Below are positions 1 through 10,055 of a stretch of DNA of 64,000 nucleotides, one piece after another. The notes below the pieces were generated by a model, which did not search any database, was not told where the DNA came from, and saw only the letters and a program-made list of their open reading frames with translations. The stretch lies in assembly GCA_963838925.1 (NCBI GenBank), contig CAWISW010000001.1, positions 160,001 to 224,000 on the forward strand, given 5' to 3'. The translations under genes were made by a program, and so were the position numbers. The stretch is from an uncultured Nitrososphaerota archaeon (lineage in GTDB: Archaea > Thermoproteota > Nitrososphaeria > Nitrososphaerales > Gagatemarchaeaceae). Position 1 is the stretch's first letter. Every line of letters begins with the position of its first letter.

Positions 1-46
1 GGCCGGTCATCCAGAGCGTGAACCCCTCCTTCGTCTCACCCGTCAC
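1..46 (-). CDS. cysC: Adenylyl-sulfate kinase, N-terminus only (runs off window)
   Basis: GTG at 46 overlaps the AlkP stop (GTGA). Translates MTGETKEGFTLWMTG..., the typical lead-in to the CysC P-loop. Lies downstream of sat. Confidence 0.75.
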   Translation of the reverse strand, partial: MTGETKEGFTLWMTG

Positions 47-1449
47 CTCGCTTCGCTTCCGAGCGCGTCCTCTATCATCCTTCCACCAAAGCCCGCGCTC
101 TTTGCGTCGAGGCCGAGAAGGGTCAGGAGCGTCGGGGCCACGTCCTCGGCTCTCGCTCCCTTCACCTCGCGCCCCTCGAGGTCGCGCCCCGGCTCGCGCA
201 TCATGAATACCCCGTCCATCGAGTGCACCGAGTCGTCCGGTCCGGTGTCGTTCTCGGCGAGATAGAGCGAGTCGTGCCCGACGGTCCCTGCAGACCTCCA
301 GTCCAAATCGTCGAAATATACCATCAGGTCGGGCTTGTCCCCGACCGCCTTCCCGTACAGTCTTGCGGGCTCGGTGACCCAGTTCTTCATGGTCCTGCCT
401 GCGTCGTCCTTGATCTTCGAGATCCGCTCGGAGAGCCGCCTCTTCTCTGCCTCGAAGTCAGACGGGTCGACCACTCCCTGTGCCTCCCTGCCCTTCACGT
501 TGAAGAATATCCTGGCGTAGTAGCCTCCCCATCCCCAGGCCTTCGTCCTGCTCCAGTCTATCTCGGCCTTCTCCAACTCGGTGGGTTTCTCTGGTCTCTT
601 CTTGAACCTAAGGTACCCCTCCTGCTCCAACCACTGGTTCACACAGAAGCCTCCCTTCATAGCCTTCGAGCCGTGGTCAGAGACGATGAAGGTCGCGCAG
701 TCCTCGCCCAAGAAAGGCAGAAGCCTCCCGATGCGCCTGTCCACCATGGAGTAGTACTCGACGTCAATCCCTTCGTACTCATTTCCCTTTACGTATTTTG
801 GATGCTTCGGATCGAAGAACTTCCAAAAGGCATGGTGCAGCCTGTCGAACCCAATCTCATGCATCATGAAGAAGTCCCATGGCTTGGTCTTGGCCAGGTG
901 CTCTGCGACGTCGAACCGCTTCTCCGTCATCTCGAAGAGCTCCTTCTTCACCTCTGCTCTGTCTTCCGTCCTGAACGTCACGTCGAAGATGTACTTCCCT
1001 CCTGCCGCTTTGATTACCTCGTCCCTCATCTCATCAGGGTTGGTGAAGGGGCGGTCTGTTGAAGGGGTCAAGAAGCAGGACACCGTGCTGGCGTTCGTCA
1101 CATGCTTAACCGGGTAGCCAGGTGGGACGCCAATCACCACCGACCTCCTCCCCTTCTCTGAAAGAACTTCCCAGACGGTCTTGGCGCGGACATTCGCTGA
1201 GGTCACGATGTAGCCGTCGTTGTACGAAAAGCCTCTCCTGTGCTTGAAGCCGTAGATTCCGAGCTCGCCGGGGTTCTTCCCCGTCATCATCACCATCCAC
1301 GCGGGAACAGTGATGGGCGGGTCGCACGTCCTCAGCCTGCCGTGCAGCCCCTCGGCGTAGATCTTTCGGAAGTTCGGAAGCTTGTCGAGGAGCTTGTCAA
1401 AGAGCAGCTCCGGAAGGACCGAGTCCAGACCGAGGACAGCGACTTTCAA
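43..1449 (-). CDS. Alkaline-phosphatase superfamily (nucleotide pyrophosphatase/phosphodiesterase-like) protein
   Basis: Motifs LGLDS, PPITVPAW (Thr nucleophile), DRLHH and SDHG. Confidence 0.9.
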   Translation of the reverse strand: MKVAVLGLDSVLPELLFDKLLDKLPNFRKIYAEGLHGRLRTCDPPITVPAWMVMMTGKNPGELGIYGFKHRRGFSYNDGYIVTSANVRAKTVWEVLSEKGRRSVVIGVPPGYPVKHVTNASTVSCFLTPSTDRPFTNPDEMRDEVIKAAGGKYIFDVTFRTEDRAEVKKELFEMTEKRFDVAEHLAKTKPWDFFMMHEIGFDRLHHAFWKFFDPKHPKYVKGNEYEGIDVEYYSMVDRRIGRLLPFLGEDCATFIVSDHGSKAMKGGFCVNQWLEQEGYLRFKKRPEKPTELEKAEIDWSRTKAWGWGGYYARIFFNVKGREAQGVVDPSDFEAEKRRLSERISKIKDDAGRTMKNWVTEPARLYGKAVGDKPDLMVYFDDLDWRSAGTVGHDSLYLAENDTGPDDSVHSMDGVFMMREPGRDLEGREVKGARAEDVAPTLLTLLGLDAKSAGFGGRMIEDALGSEAR

Positions 1450-1459
1450 TCTCTCAGTC

Positions 1460-2599
1460 TCACTCCACGAACGGGTGGTCGAACTTCAGTATTGCCTGCG
1501 CCACCTCGGGCCTCATGAACTCCTTCGGGGGCACCTTCCGCTCCGAGAACATCTGCCTCAGCTTCGTACCGCTGAAACTGAGCCTGTCCTCTCCTCCATG
1601 GGGACAGGTCTTTTCGCTCGCTATCCCCTCGCACTTCTTGCAGTAATAGAACTCCCTGAAGAAGAAGGGGGTGATGCCTAGGTCAGGAAACTCCTTGAAT
1701 ACCTCCTGTGCAGCATAGGGCCCGTAGTAGCTTCCGACGCCGGCATGATCTCTTCCGATGCAGATGTGGGTGCACCCGAAGTTCTTCCTCATTATCGCGT
1801 GCATTATGGCCTCCTTCGGCCCCGCGTACTGCATCTCATAGTGGAGGGCGCTCATCACGACGCTTTTCCGGGGATAATAACCCCCCGTCAAAGCCTTGTA
1901 TGACGAGAGTATCACCTCGTCCCGAAAGTCCCCTGCCTTCTTTCTCCCGAGCACCGGATTGATGAAGAGGCCGTCGACCATCGAAAGGGCGGTCTTCTGA
2001 AGGTACTCGTGGTTGATGTGCGGCGCGTTCCGCGTCTGGAACGCCACGATCGTCCTCCATCCCTTCTCTGCGAAGAGGACCCTCGTCTCCCTCGGCATCA
2101 GGGTCATGTCGGCGAACTGGCCATAGTCAGGCCTGACCGCGACCTCCAGCTTCCCCGAGATCGCGGTTTCAGGAGCCGCGCACACCTTCGCCACGCCCGG
2201 GTGCGCCTCGTCCTCGGTGCCGTAGATCTTCTTGGCGTACTCGCGCTTCGATATCTTGAACGTCCCTTCGGGCTTCATTATAGCCACCGGGTTGGCGCTC
2301 TCGTCCACCAAGAGAAGGCTGCCTCCATCCCGAGTCGGACGGTCGGTCGTAAGCAGGAGAGGTATCGTCCAAGGGACGTCGCTCTCCAGCCTGTCCTGCT
2401 CGAGGATGTTGAGATAGTCGTTCTCTGACATGAATCCCTCGACCGGGCTGAAGACGCCGTTAGCAATGTTTGCCACCGTCAGGACGACTTCCCTTGAGAC
2501 GGTCAGGCGCTGTTCCTCGGTGAACTCGCTGAAGGCCTCGGGGTTGCTCGACGACTGCCTGATCTGGACCAGCCTGCCTCCGTGAGGCGTGTTTGACAT
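1460..2599 (-). CDS. sat: Sulfate adenylyltransferase
   Basis: Motifs PHGG, FQTRNAPHxxH, GRDHAG and CxxC...CPH. Confidence 0.97.
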   Translation of the reverse strand: MSNTPHGGRLVQIRQSSSNPEAFSEFTEEQRLTVSREVVLTVANIANGVFSPVEGFMSENDYLNILEQDRLESDVPWTIPLLLTTDRPTRDGGSLLLVDESANPVAIMKPEGTFKISKREYAKKIYGTEDEAHPGVAKVCAAPETAISGKLEVAVRPDYGQFADMTLMPRETRVLFAEKGWRTIVAFQTRNAPHINHEYLQKTALSMVDGLFINPVLGRKKAGDFRDEVILSSYKALTGGYYPRKSVVMSALHYEMQYAGPKEAIMHAIMRKNFGCTHICIGRDHAGVGSYYGPYAAQEVFKEFPDLGITPFFFREFYYCKKCEGIASEKTCPHGGEDRLSFSGTKLRQMFSERKVPPKEFMRPEVAQAILKFDHPFVE

Positions 2600-2609
2600 G
2601 CGCCTCTAC

Positions 2610-2828
2610 CTACAGGTACCCCAAGGCCTGGAGGCGCCTCTTGATCTCGACAAGGTCGGTGCTCGTGAAGGGCTCGGGAACGTCCTTCATCTCGTGCATC
2701 GCGACCACTTCTCTTAGGACATAGGTTACATAGTCTGAGACCGATTTGAAGCCGGTCTTCTTCGCAATCAGCTTCTCCAGCCTCTTGTGGAGCGTCAGCG
2801 GGATCGAGACGGACGTGTACTTCGTCAT
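2610..2828 (-). CDS. Ribbon-helix-helix (CopG-like) regulator with a C-terminal RLxALGYL tail
   Basis: N-terminal strand YTSVSIP, helix SVSDYV; heads the sat operon. Confidence 0.8.
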   Translation of the reverse strand: MTKYTSVSIPLTLHKRLEKLIAKKTGFKSVSDYVTYVLREVVAMHEMKDVPEPFTSTDLVEIKRRLQALGYL

Positions 2829-2887
2829 GCCTTGTCGCAGACCGGGTCTAATTACATATAATTATGCTTGATTGCCATCCATGACAG

Positions 2888-3994
2888 GTGGCGGCCTTCG
2901 ACCTTTCCCTGGGTGTCGTCGTCTTCTTCGTCCTCCTCTCACTGGGGGCGTCGGTGGTCAACGGAGGCCTCGGCTACGGTTACTCCTCCCTCTCGACGCC
3001 CCTCGCGATTCTCGTCTTCGCGAACAAGATACTCAACCCTGCCTACATCCTCCTGGAGGCAGGGATCAACACATTCATGCTATTCCTGTCCGGCAGGAGG
3101 AACATCACCGCAACATACAGGCGGACGATTCCAGTCATCCTCGCGCTGATCCCTGGCGTCATCGTCGGCAGCCTCATCCTCAACGACGTCGCCCCATTGT
3201 GGATACGCTTCACGGTCTACGTAGTGATCCTGCCCTTGATACTTCTCCAGGCGGCGGGATTCAGGCGACCGCTCGAGGGCGAAGCTCGCGCTGGCGTCCC
3301 GCTCGGGTTGAGCGTCGGCCTCCTCTACTCAATCACGACCATCTCCGGCCCTCCTATCGCCCTGTTCTGGAACAACCAGGGTCTGAAACAACAGGAGTTC
3401 AAGGCCGCCGTCGCCCAGGTACGCATCGCAGAGTCCTATCTGACGTGCGTCTCCTACTACCTTCTCGGACTCTTCACGGCTCAAAGCCTATCGATCTTCA
3501 AGGTCATCTCGCCTCCCGTCCTCCTCGGCATTCCCATCGGAATGTTCATCGTGAGCAAGGTGGCGGTCGAGACCTTCAGGAGGGTCTGCATGGCGTTCGA
3601 CGCGGGCATCGTCGGTTTCGGCCTGTCTGCGACCCTGCCGACGCTCTTCGGGATCAACCCTCTCCTGGGCGACCTCCTCTTCGCCGCGGTCCTGGCCCTC
3701 GACCTCGGCCTGCTCTACCGCTTCTTCAGGGGAAGATCAAGGGGCGTGGCGCCCGAGGCCAGTGCGATCGAAACTGGAAAGAGGATGGACGGGGGGACTG
3801 GCCCCCCACGAAGCTCTGGCGTCTGGGCTCAGGCCGTACGGAAGCTAGACTACGACCTCCTCGGCGCCTCCCCCGGATCGGCTCGGACGCCCCCAACACC
3901 GGGACGGGCCTGTGGGAATCAATCCGGCCGCAAGGACGTCGGCGTTCGGGGACTGTCGCGGACTACGGGAGCACGTCGAAGCCCGCCTGCTTGA
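2888..3994 (+). CDS. TauE/SafE family sulfite/sulfonate exporter; the last ~80 aa look like a non-conserved extension
   Basis: About 8 TM segments, motifs GGLGYG and SGPP; divergent from the sat operon. Confidence 0.85.
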   Translation: MAAFDLSLGVVVFFVLLSLGASVVNGGLGYGYSSLSTPLAILVFANKILNPAYILLEAGINTFMLFLSGRRNITATYRRTIPVILALIPGVIVGSLILNDVAPLWIRFTVYVVILPLILLQAAGFRRPLEGEARAGVPLGLSVGLLYSITTISGPPIALFWNNQGLKQQEFKAAVAQVRIAESYLTCVSYYLLGLFTAQSLSIFKVISPPVLLGIPIGMFIVSKVAVETFRRVCMAFDAGIVGFGLSATLPTLFGINPLLGDLLFAAVLALDLGLLYRFFRGRSRGVAPEASAIETGKRMDGGTGPPRSSGVWAQAVRKLDYDLLGASPGSARTPPTPGRACGNQSGRKDVGVRGLSRTTGARRSPPA

Positions 3995-4385
3995 AGTGGG
4001 GGTCGAACGCGAAAGCCTGGTGTATCCCCGAAGCTCGCATCGTCACGAAGGAAACGCAATCCGTGAGGCTCCAGGCCTTGTCCCTGCTCTGCTTGAACAG
4101 TTTGAAGGCCTCCGCGAAACCTTCCTTCCCGACATATTCCACGGCGAGTATCTTGGACGAGATGCATGCCTCGCCGAACTCGACGGCTTTACCGTGGCTG
4201 TGGGCGAGCATGATGAGGGTGATTGTCTCGTCAAGGACGTAGTCGGTCGTCACGAGCCGTTTGGTCTTAGACTCCTTCGACCCAAGAGTCTCCATCCAGG
4301 CGCGAGCCCTCTCGTGGAGATCGTCTTCCTGGTCATAGTATGCCTTGAAGGCTGATGAATCTACGAACACGCGAGAGCCCATCAA
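3963..4385 (-). CDS. VapC-type PIN-domain toxin
   Basis: PIN motifs VFVDSS, VLDE, SLTD and FDPHF. Confidence 0.92.
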   Translation of the reverse strand: MMGSRVFVDSSAFKAYYDQEDDLHERARAWMETLGSKESKTKRLVTTDYVLDETITLIMLAHSHGKAVEFGEACISSKILAVEYVGKEGFAEAFKLFKQSRDKAWSLTDCVSFVTMRASGIHQAFAFDPHFKQAGFDVLP

Positions 4386-4612
4386 GTGTAAAGGACCTCG
4401 TCGATCTCATCCGCCTTCACTTTCACCTTGAACCTGAAGGGCTTCAGCCTCACAAGCGGGTCGTCAGCGATGTTGCTCGAGGAGACCGCCCACTCGACAA
4501 TCGCGACCTTCGCCGCCTGTTTTATCGTCATCCCCTTCGACTTGGCGCTCGAGGCGAGCATGTCGTACTCCTTGCTCTCGAGCTCCGTCTGCACCACTTT
4601 CCTCTCCGCCAT
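4382..4612 (-). CDS. Putative RHH-like antitoxin
   Basis: 76-aa ORF from ATG 4612, overlapping the PIN start; palindrome ACATGTACATGT at 4622-4633 just upstream. Confidence 0.75.
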   Translation of the reverse strand: MAERKVVQTELESKEYDMLASSAKSKGMTIKQAAKVAIVEWAVSSSNIADDPLVRLKPFRFKVKVKADEIDEVLYT

Positions 4613-4673
4613 GCGTAATTTACATGTACATGTCGCATTTAAGGGTTGCATTCGCCTGGCGGCTCTGCGGACT

Positions 4674-6062
4674 CTACGACCTTCTCAGCGCTTCCACCGC
4701 GTTCATCCTCGACGCCCGCCACGCCGGAATGAGCCCGCCGAAGGTGCTGATGGCCACCGCCAGAAATATCGCGAGCAACAACAACTCGGGCGTGACCGCA
4801 GGCGTGATCGCCAGGGTCGACGAGGCCGACGACGCCGCCGGGCCAACGAAGGAGGGCCCCGCCCCTCCTCCGCCCGTCGCTCCGCGAGCCGCCGTTGCGG
4901 CGGACGTAACTCGGACGCCTCCGCCCCCTCCACCGCCCCCGCCGAAGCCTGGGACCCTCAGCGTACCGCTGAGCGCCCCTATCACGAGGAACGAGAGCAT
5001 GTATCCCGCCCCCGCGCCTATGAATCCGCCGATGAGGCCGGTCACGATCGCCTCGGCGATGAAGACGACCATTATCCCCCTGCTAGTGGAGCCGAGGGCC
5101 TTCAGGACGCCTATCTCCTTGGTCCGCTCGAGGACTGAGGTCAGCATCGTCGTCATTATCCCGATGAACGCCACGAGGACGGATGTCCCGGCGACCGCCT
5201 CGAGCAGGGTCGACGTCCCGGAGGTCACAGACTGGATCGAGGAGAGCAGGGAGCTTACCGATGTCGTCCTGATGTTGTTGCCGTAGGCCGCCGTAAGCTC
5301 GTTGGTCACCTCGGTGACCGCGCCTGGGCTCGTTGCGACCACCATTATGCCCGTGAAGGTCGTGCTCTTTAGAATCTGCTCACCCGAGGCGAGCGGGATG
5401 AAGACCGTGGTGTCTGGGGTGATCTCGAACCCCGACCCGTACGGGCCGAAGATGCCCGTGACGACGAACGAGTGCGCGGTGGAAGCTGACGAGCTCGAGC
5501 CGCCGAACGCGTTTGTCCCTACTCCAGCCCCGATGACGAACCCGGACGACCTGCCGACCCCTGAGACGGTGACCACTTGGTTGACCGTGAAGTTGCCGGC
5601 GCCCGAGACGTTCGGGTATGCGATGGAGTTGCCGATAGCCGCGCCCAAGGTGTCCGTGCTCGCGGGGGCCCCTCCCTGGGAGAGGGCGAGTTTGGGAAAG
5701 GCCGTGGCCAGCTGGGAGAAGTCGACGGCGACGATCGAGGCCCCTATCTTGGTGCTCCCGTCTGTGATCTGTCCGTTGAGCTGCTGGTAGGGGATGGCGC
5801 TGAGGACTCCGGTCATGTTCCCGATGGCCGACGCGTCTACCGCGGTCAGCGTCGTAGTCCGACCGACCGGCGCCACGTAGAGCGTGGTCGCCCCCAGAGA
5901 GGAGAACTGCGCGGCGCTCGCGTTGCTGTACCCTTGGGTCGCGCTTACGAGAGAGACTATGGTCGCGGGCCCGATGACGATGCCTAGTATCGTCAGGACG
6001 GCCCGAAGCTTGCGCTCTGTAAGCGCGCGCATCGCGTACTTTACGAGTCCGACAGGCCGCAT
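4674..6062 (-). CDS. ABC transporter permease, MacB/FtsX family
   Basis: N-terminal RKLRAVLTILGIVIG; motif ERTKEIGVLKALG; ends PAWRASRMNAVEALR. Confidence 0.95.
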   Translation of the reverse strand: MRPVGLVKYAMRALTERKLRAVLTILGIVIGPATIVSLVSATQGYSNASAAQFSSLGATTLYVAPVGRTTTLTAVDASAIGNMTGVLSAIPYQQLNGQITDGSTKIGASIVAVDFSQLATAFPKLALSQGGAPASTDTLGAAIGNSIAYPNVSGAGNFTVNQVVTVSGVGRSSGFVIGAGVGTNAFGGSSSSASTAHSFVVTGIFGPYGSGFEITPDTTVFIPLASGEQILKSTTFTGIMVVATSPGAVTEVTNELTAAYGNNIRTTSVSSLLSSIQSVTSGTSTLLEAVAGTSVLVAFIGIMTTMLTSVLERTKEIGVLKALGSTSRGIMVVFIAEAIVTGLIGGFIGAGAGYMLSFLVIGALSGTLRVPGFGGGGGGGGGVRVTSAATAARGATGGGGAGPSFVGPAASSASSTLAITPAVTPELLLLAIFLAVAISTFGGLIPAWRASRMNAVEALRRS

Positions 6063-6097
6063 CTAGCTGGGCACCCGCCTTCCGGCGTCGCTCTCGG

Positions 6098-8755
6098 TCA
6101 AATCACCGACTTCTCTTCGATGTCCTGTTGGGGCATGTTGGCGAACCTCTTCGACCGGTACCTCCTCATGAGGAAGCCCCCGACGACGATCGTTACGGCG
6201 ACGGCCGCGACCGCTCCATATGCGACGTAGGTCGTGTAGTCCACGCTCGTGGTAGTCTTCGTGGTCGTGACGGTTCCGCCGGCGCCGACGAGCTGGCTCG
6301 CAGTCTTCACCGTCGTTGGGACGGTGAAGGCAAAGACTTGGTTCGCGCTGAAGCCGTCCTTGTAATTCAATGTGAGCACGATGCTCGCGGAGGCGTTCGC
6401 GCCCGTCGAAGTGCGGCCTACGCCGAAGGTGCCTGCACCGCCTGGCACGAAGCTGCTGTTCCTCGAGAAGCTCCCCGTGAGCGTCCTGCTGGTGCTCACT
6501 GAGATGAAGGTGCTAGACGTGCTGGACGAGGCGGTCGTCGAAAATCCCGTCCCGTTCAGGCTGCTGGCCGCGGAGGTGGTGCTAGTGGTGGTCGTCGTGG
6601 AGGCCGTCGCGGCGATGTAGGGTATCGTGACGCTGAACGGGGCTGGCGTGTTGGGGTCGACCTCTCCTATGTAGACGGCCGTGCCCACGTTCGGCCCGAA
6701 AAGGCCGGTGAGAGAGGCGTAGTAGGCGGGAACTGTCCCTTCGTTGAGGATGGAGCCCGTCACCGTGAAGCCGGTGGTGGTCTGGGACACCAGAGTGTTC
6801 TGGAGGATCAGTATCACGGTGCCCTTGAGAGTGAACGAAAGCGGGAATGTCTGCGTGTGCGAGGCCCCGTTGGAGTCCGTGAAGGTCACCGTCAGCGTCC
6901 CGCTGTAGACGCCGATCGCCGCGCTAGGACCGCTGGTGAGGACCACGTCGAAGGTCGTGGCCTTGCCGGGGTCGAGCTGCGGTGCGGGGACGCTGGACCC
7001 CGTCGAGGCGACCACGATGGGCGAACCGACGTTAAGCGAGAAGGTCGGCGAATAGATCGAAGCGGTCCCCTGGTTGGTCAGCTGGAAGCCCGCGGGGTTC
7101 TGGGAACCCGCCGCCAAAGTGGAGTTCACCTGCACCACCGCGAGCGGGAAGCTAGCGGTCGTCGCAGGCGCCGCGATCGGAGGTGGGGAGAAGGAGGCGC
7201 TCTGAGTCAGCGTCACAGAGACTGACGTGATCCAAGAAAGCCCAAGAGAGAAGTTGTAGCTGCCTGGCTTCACACTGCTGGCAACGTCAAGGTTGAACGT
7301 GAGGCTGATGACTTGGTTTGCGGAGACGATAGCCGCAAAGGCAGTCGCCGTTGGGTGGCCGTTGAGGTCGGTTATTCCGGCTGGCATCGTGACGGTGCCC
7401 TTCAGGCTTGTGACTGATGTCGTCCCGAGATACTGCAGGGTGACGACTAGCGGACTGTTCTGTGTTCCGGGGAGGGGGGCGGTCGCGGTAGAGGACGTGC
7501 CCCAGGTCGCTCCTTCGACCAGGAACTGGGACTGCAGCGCGGGTATCGGGGGTGGGGTCAGGACCGCGGTCTGAGTGAGTCCGACCGACTGCGACGTGCT
7601 CCACTCAAGGTTCAGCGTGAAGTTGTAGCTCCCGGGCATCAACGAGCTCGCGAGGTTGACATAGAAAGTTAGCTGTATCGCCCCATACTGGTTCGTAGTC
7701 GCAGATGAGAAAGCGACTGCCGTGCTGCGTCCGTTTAGGTCGGTGATGCCCGCAGGCAACTGGACCGTCCCTTGGAAGCTCGTCACCGGGGTCGAGCCGA
7801 GATACTGCATGCTCACGACCAATGGCGTGTCTTGGGTTCCAGGGAGCGGTGAAGTCGTCGAACCCGCGCTCCCCCACTGGGATCCCTCGACCACGAACGA
7901 TGACGCGGGCTCGACCGTCGGAGAGGAGACCATGAAGCCGAGTGTCTGGGTGACGGTCTGGGTGTTCGAGTAGGCGTCGAGGTACTTCGCGGTCAAGGAC
8001 ATGGTTATCGCTGTCCCACTCAGTGAAGAAGGAACGAACAATTGCAGTACCTCCGTGGCGCTCCCTCCGGGTGCCAAGCCTGTCGTCATCGGCAATTGGT
8101 TCAGCAGAGTGACGCTCGAAGGCGCGCTAACTGTGGTCGAGACCGGACCCGAGGAAGCTGACCCTGAGTTGGAGATGGTGAGCGTCAAATTGTCCACCCC
8201 TCCAGCCGACAGGTGTGAAGACCCCGCTGCAAAGTTCAGTTGGACGGGACCGTAGAGCGCAATAGGTGCCGTGGCGAGCTCTGTTATTACGCTCGAGACC
8301 GAATTGTTGTCATACTGGATTACTACAGGAATGTAGTATGTAATGCCCGTAGTCGCACTCTGCTCCACGTTCATGTAAAATGTCTCTGTAAAGAGAGTGT
8401 TTGGGCTGACGTTCAGGGCGATGTTCTTGGGCTGCGTGACACCGTCTTGCCCAGTGAACGGAACAGGGTTCGAGGACGAAGCCAGGCTCAGCTCTATGCT
8501 CGCCTGGGGGGCGGTGCATGGCCCGGAGAAGAGCACAGTTATGGTAAGAGGCACGTTCTGGTCGCCGGGGTATACGCTCTGTGGAGACCCCGACACCCCC
8601 CAGATTGCTCCTATTACCGCGAATGGGTTGGTCTGGGACGTGCAAGAGGTGTCCGACGTAGAGCCACCGATTGCCGCAAATGCGGGGGATGCGTAGGCCG
8701 TCGCAGAAATGACCAGCAGGGCGAGCACGAAAGAGCCGGAGATGGGTTTCTTCAT
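6098..8755 (-). CDS. Secreted S-layer-like (COG1361-type) multi-beta-sandwich protein with C-terminal TM anchor
   Basis: Signal peptide; internal repeats (W-G...PLPGTQ..PLVV.(M/L)QYLG); Ser/Thr-rich; flanked by ABC genes. Confidence 0.8.
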   Translation of the reverse strand: MKKPISGSFVLALLVISATAYASPAFAAIGGSTSDTSCTSQTNPFAVIGAIWGVSGSPQSVYPGDQNVPLTITVLFSGPCTAPQASIELSLASSSNPVPFTGQDGVTQPKNIALNVSPNTLFTETFYMNVEQSATTGITYYIPVVIQYDNNSVSSVITELATAPIALYGPVQLNFAAGSSHLSAGGVDNLTLTISNSGSASSGPVSTTVSAPSSVTLLNQLPMTTGLAPGGSATEVLQLFVPSSLSGTAITMSLTAKYLDAYSNTQTVTQTLGFMVSSPTVEPASSFVVEGSQWGSAGSTTSPLPGTQDTPLVVSMQYLGSTPVTSFQGTVQLPAGITDLNGRSTAVAFSSATTNQYGAIQLTFYVNLASSLMPGSYNFTLNLEWSTSQSVGLTQTAVLTPPPIPALQSQFLVEGATWGTSSTATAPLPGTQNSPLVVTLQYLGTTSVTSLKGTVTMPAGITDLNGHPTATAFAAIVSANQVISLTFNLDVASSVKPGSYNFSLGLSWITSVSVTLTQSASFSPPPIAAPATTASFPLAVVQVNSTLAAGSQNPAGFQLTNQGTASIYSPTFSLNVGSPIVVASTGSSVPAPQLDPGKATTFDVVLTSGPSAAIGVYSGTLTVTFTDSNGASHTQTFPLSFTLKGTVILILQNTLVSQTTTGFTVTGSILNEGTVPAYYASLTGLFGPNVGTAVYIGEVDPNTPAPFSVTIPYIAATASTTTTTSTTSAASSLNGTGFSTTASSSTSSTFISVSTSRTLTGSFSRNSSFVPGGAGTFGVGRTSTGANASASIVLTLNYKDGFSANQVFAFTVPTTVKTASQLVGAGGTVTTTKTTTSVDYTTYVAYGAVAAVAVTIVVGGFLMRRYRSKRFANMPQQDIEEKSVI

Positions 8756-9499
8756 CTACTTCAGCTCGTTGTTCCTAATCTCCACGATAGAGCCGTCGCG
8801 TATCGATATCACCCGCTGCGCGTGGGCGGCGACCTCAGGGTTGTGCGTGATTATCACGAGCGTCTTCCCGAACTCCCGGTTAAGCTGCTTCATCAGTCCC
8901 ATCATCATCTCGGTGTTCCTCGTGTCGAGGTTCCCGGTGGGCTCGTCGGCGAGCACGATCTTCGGGTCGTTGGCAAGGGCGCGCGCGACGGCGACCCTCT
9001 GGCGTTCCCCTCCGCTGATGTTGTTCACGTTCTTGTCCGCCTTGTGCGCGATGCCGAGCCTCCCGAGGAGCGCTAGAGCGCGTTTCCTGCTGAAGGCAGG
9101 GTCTGCGCCGGCGATGAATAGGGGGAGCTCCACGTTCTCGACCACTGACATCCGCGAGAGGAGGTTGAAGTCTTGGAACACGAATCCGAGCTTCCTGCTC
9201 CTGACCAGGGCGAGTTCCTTGTTCCCCAGCTTCGAGATGTCTATGCCGTCGATGTAGACCTTCCCGGAGGTCGGCCGATCCAGCGCTCCCAGGATGTTGA
9301 GGAGGGTGGTCTTCCCGCACCCCGAGGGGCCGATTATCGCGATGAACTCGCCCTTGTCAATCGAAAAGTCCAAGCCCCGAAGCGCGAAGACCGCGTCCTC
9401 CCCTGTGCCGTACCTCTTCTTGAGGCCCGCGACCTTTATCGCGTGCTCCTCCACGGGCGGGGGGACGGGAACCTGGACTGCCGATGCGGAGGCGCTCAT
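8756..9499 (-). CDS. ABC transporter ATP-binding protein (LolD/MacB-like)
   Basis: Motifs GPSGCGKT, ISGGERQR and LADEPTGNLD. Confidence 0.97.
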   Translation of the reverse strand: MSASASAVQVPVPPPVEEHAIKVAGLKKRYGTGEDAVFALRGLDFSIDKGEFIAIIGPSGCGKTTLLNILGALDRPTSGKVYIDGIDISKLGNKELALVRSRKLGFVFQDFNLLSRMSVVENVELPLFIAGADPAFSRKRALALLGRLGIAHKADKNVNNISGGERQRVAVARALANDPKIVLADEPTGNLDTRNTEMMMGLMKQLNREFGKTLVIITHNPEVAAHAQRVISIRDGSIVEIRNNELK

Positions 9500-9822
9500 G
9501 GCTTCTTCTCCTCCGGTTTCGCGGCGGCCGGGGGCGGGGCGCTGGGGTTGAGGGCCTCGAGCTCGCTGTGGGCGGCCGACAGGCCTGGCACCGCGCCGAC
9601 GTCCGTGAAGAGAGAGAAGACCTCGAGGACCAGCCCCACGCCAATCAGCCCGATGCCGACGATGGACTCGTAGGTTGACGTGTTGTCCGTGCTTCCGAAG
9701 CTGTTCAGGAGGCTCGTGTTCGTCGATCCCGTCGTGACTACGCTGTATAGGTCGCTGGAGGGCAGCAACATCAGTAGGCCAGCAAGGATGAGGAGCGCGC
9801 TAAGGACTACCAACCGCCGCAA
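9496..9822 (-). CDS. Small two-TM membrane protein
   Basis: Two hydrophobic segments; stop overlaps the ABC ATPase start. Confidence 0.7.
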   Translation of the reverse strand: MRRLVVLSALLILAGLLMLLPSSDLYSVVTTGSTNTSLLNSFGSTDNTSTYESIVGIGLIGVGLVLEVFSLFTDVGAVPGLSAAHSELEALNPSAPPPAAAKPEEKKP

Positions 9823-10055
9823 ACGAATCAGACTCCAGCCCTTACGGTCGAGTTATAGCGGTTTTCCTGAATGGTTCCGGAATCCATACAGAATCTGCCC
9901 CGTCTCCTGACTTCCTCGTTCTTAACCGCTATGAATTACAAATAGAGTGGGCGTATTTGAGATAAAATGCAACTGCTGCTAACCTGCGGCGCCCGATGCA
10001 GATCGTCCGAACTACAGCATGATGCCCTTAAATCTATGATGCCGATGGTTGAAGA

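Noticed and set aside
1460-2599. Dissimilatory sulfate reduction
   Set aside because: No apr/dsr genes in the window; linkage to cysC points to PAPS synthesis
3740-3994. TauE C-terminal extension as a fused domain
   Set aside because: Low-complexity and overlaps the convergent PIN gene; more likely a lost or displaced stop codon
4915-4945. Poly-Gly and Ser/Thr tracts (also near 16635 and 38100) as DNA repeats
   Set aside because: Codon-variable protein linkers, not nucleotide-level arrays
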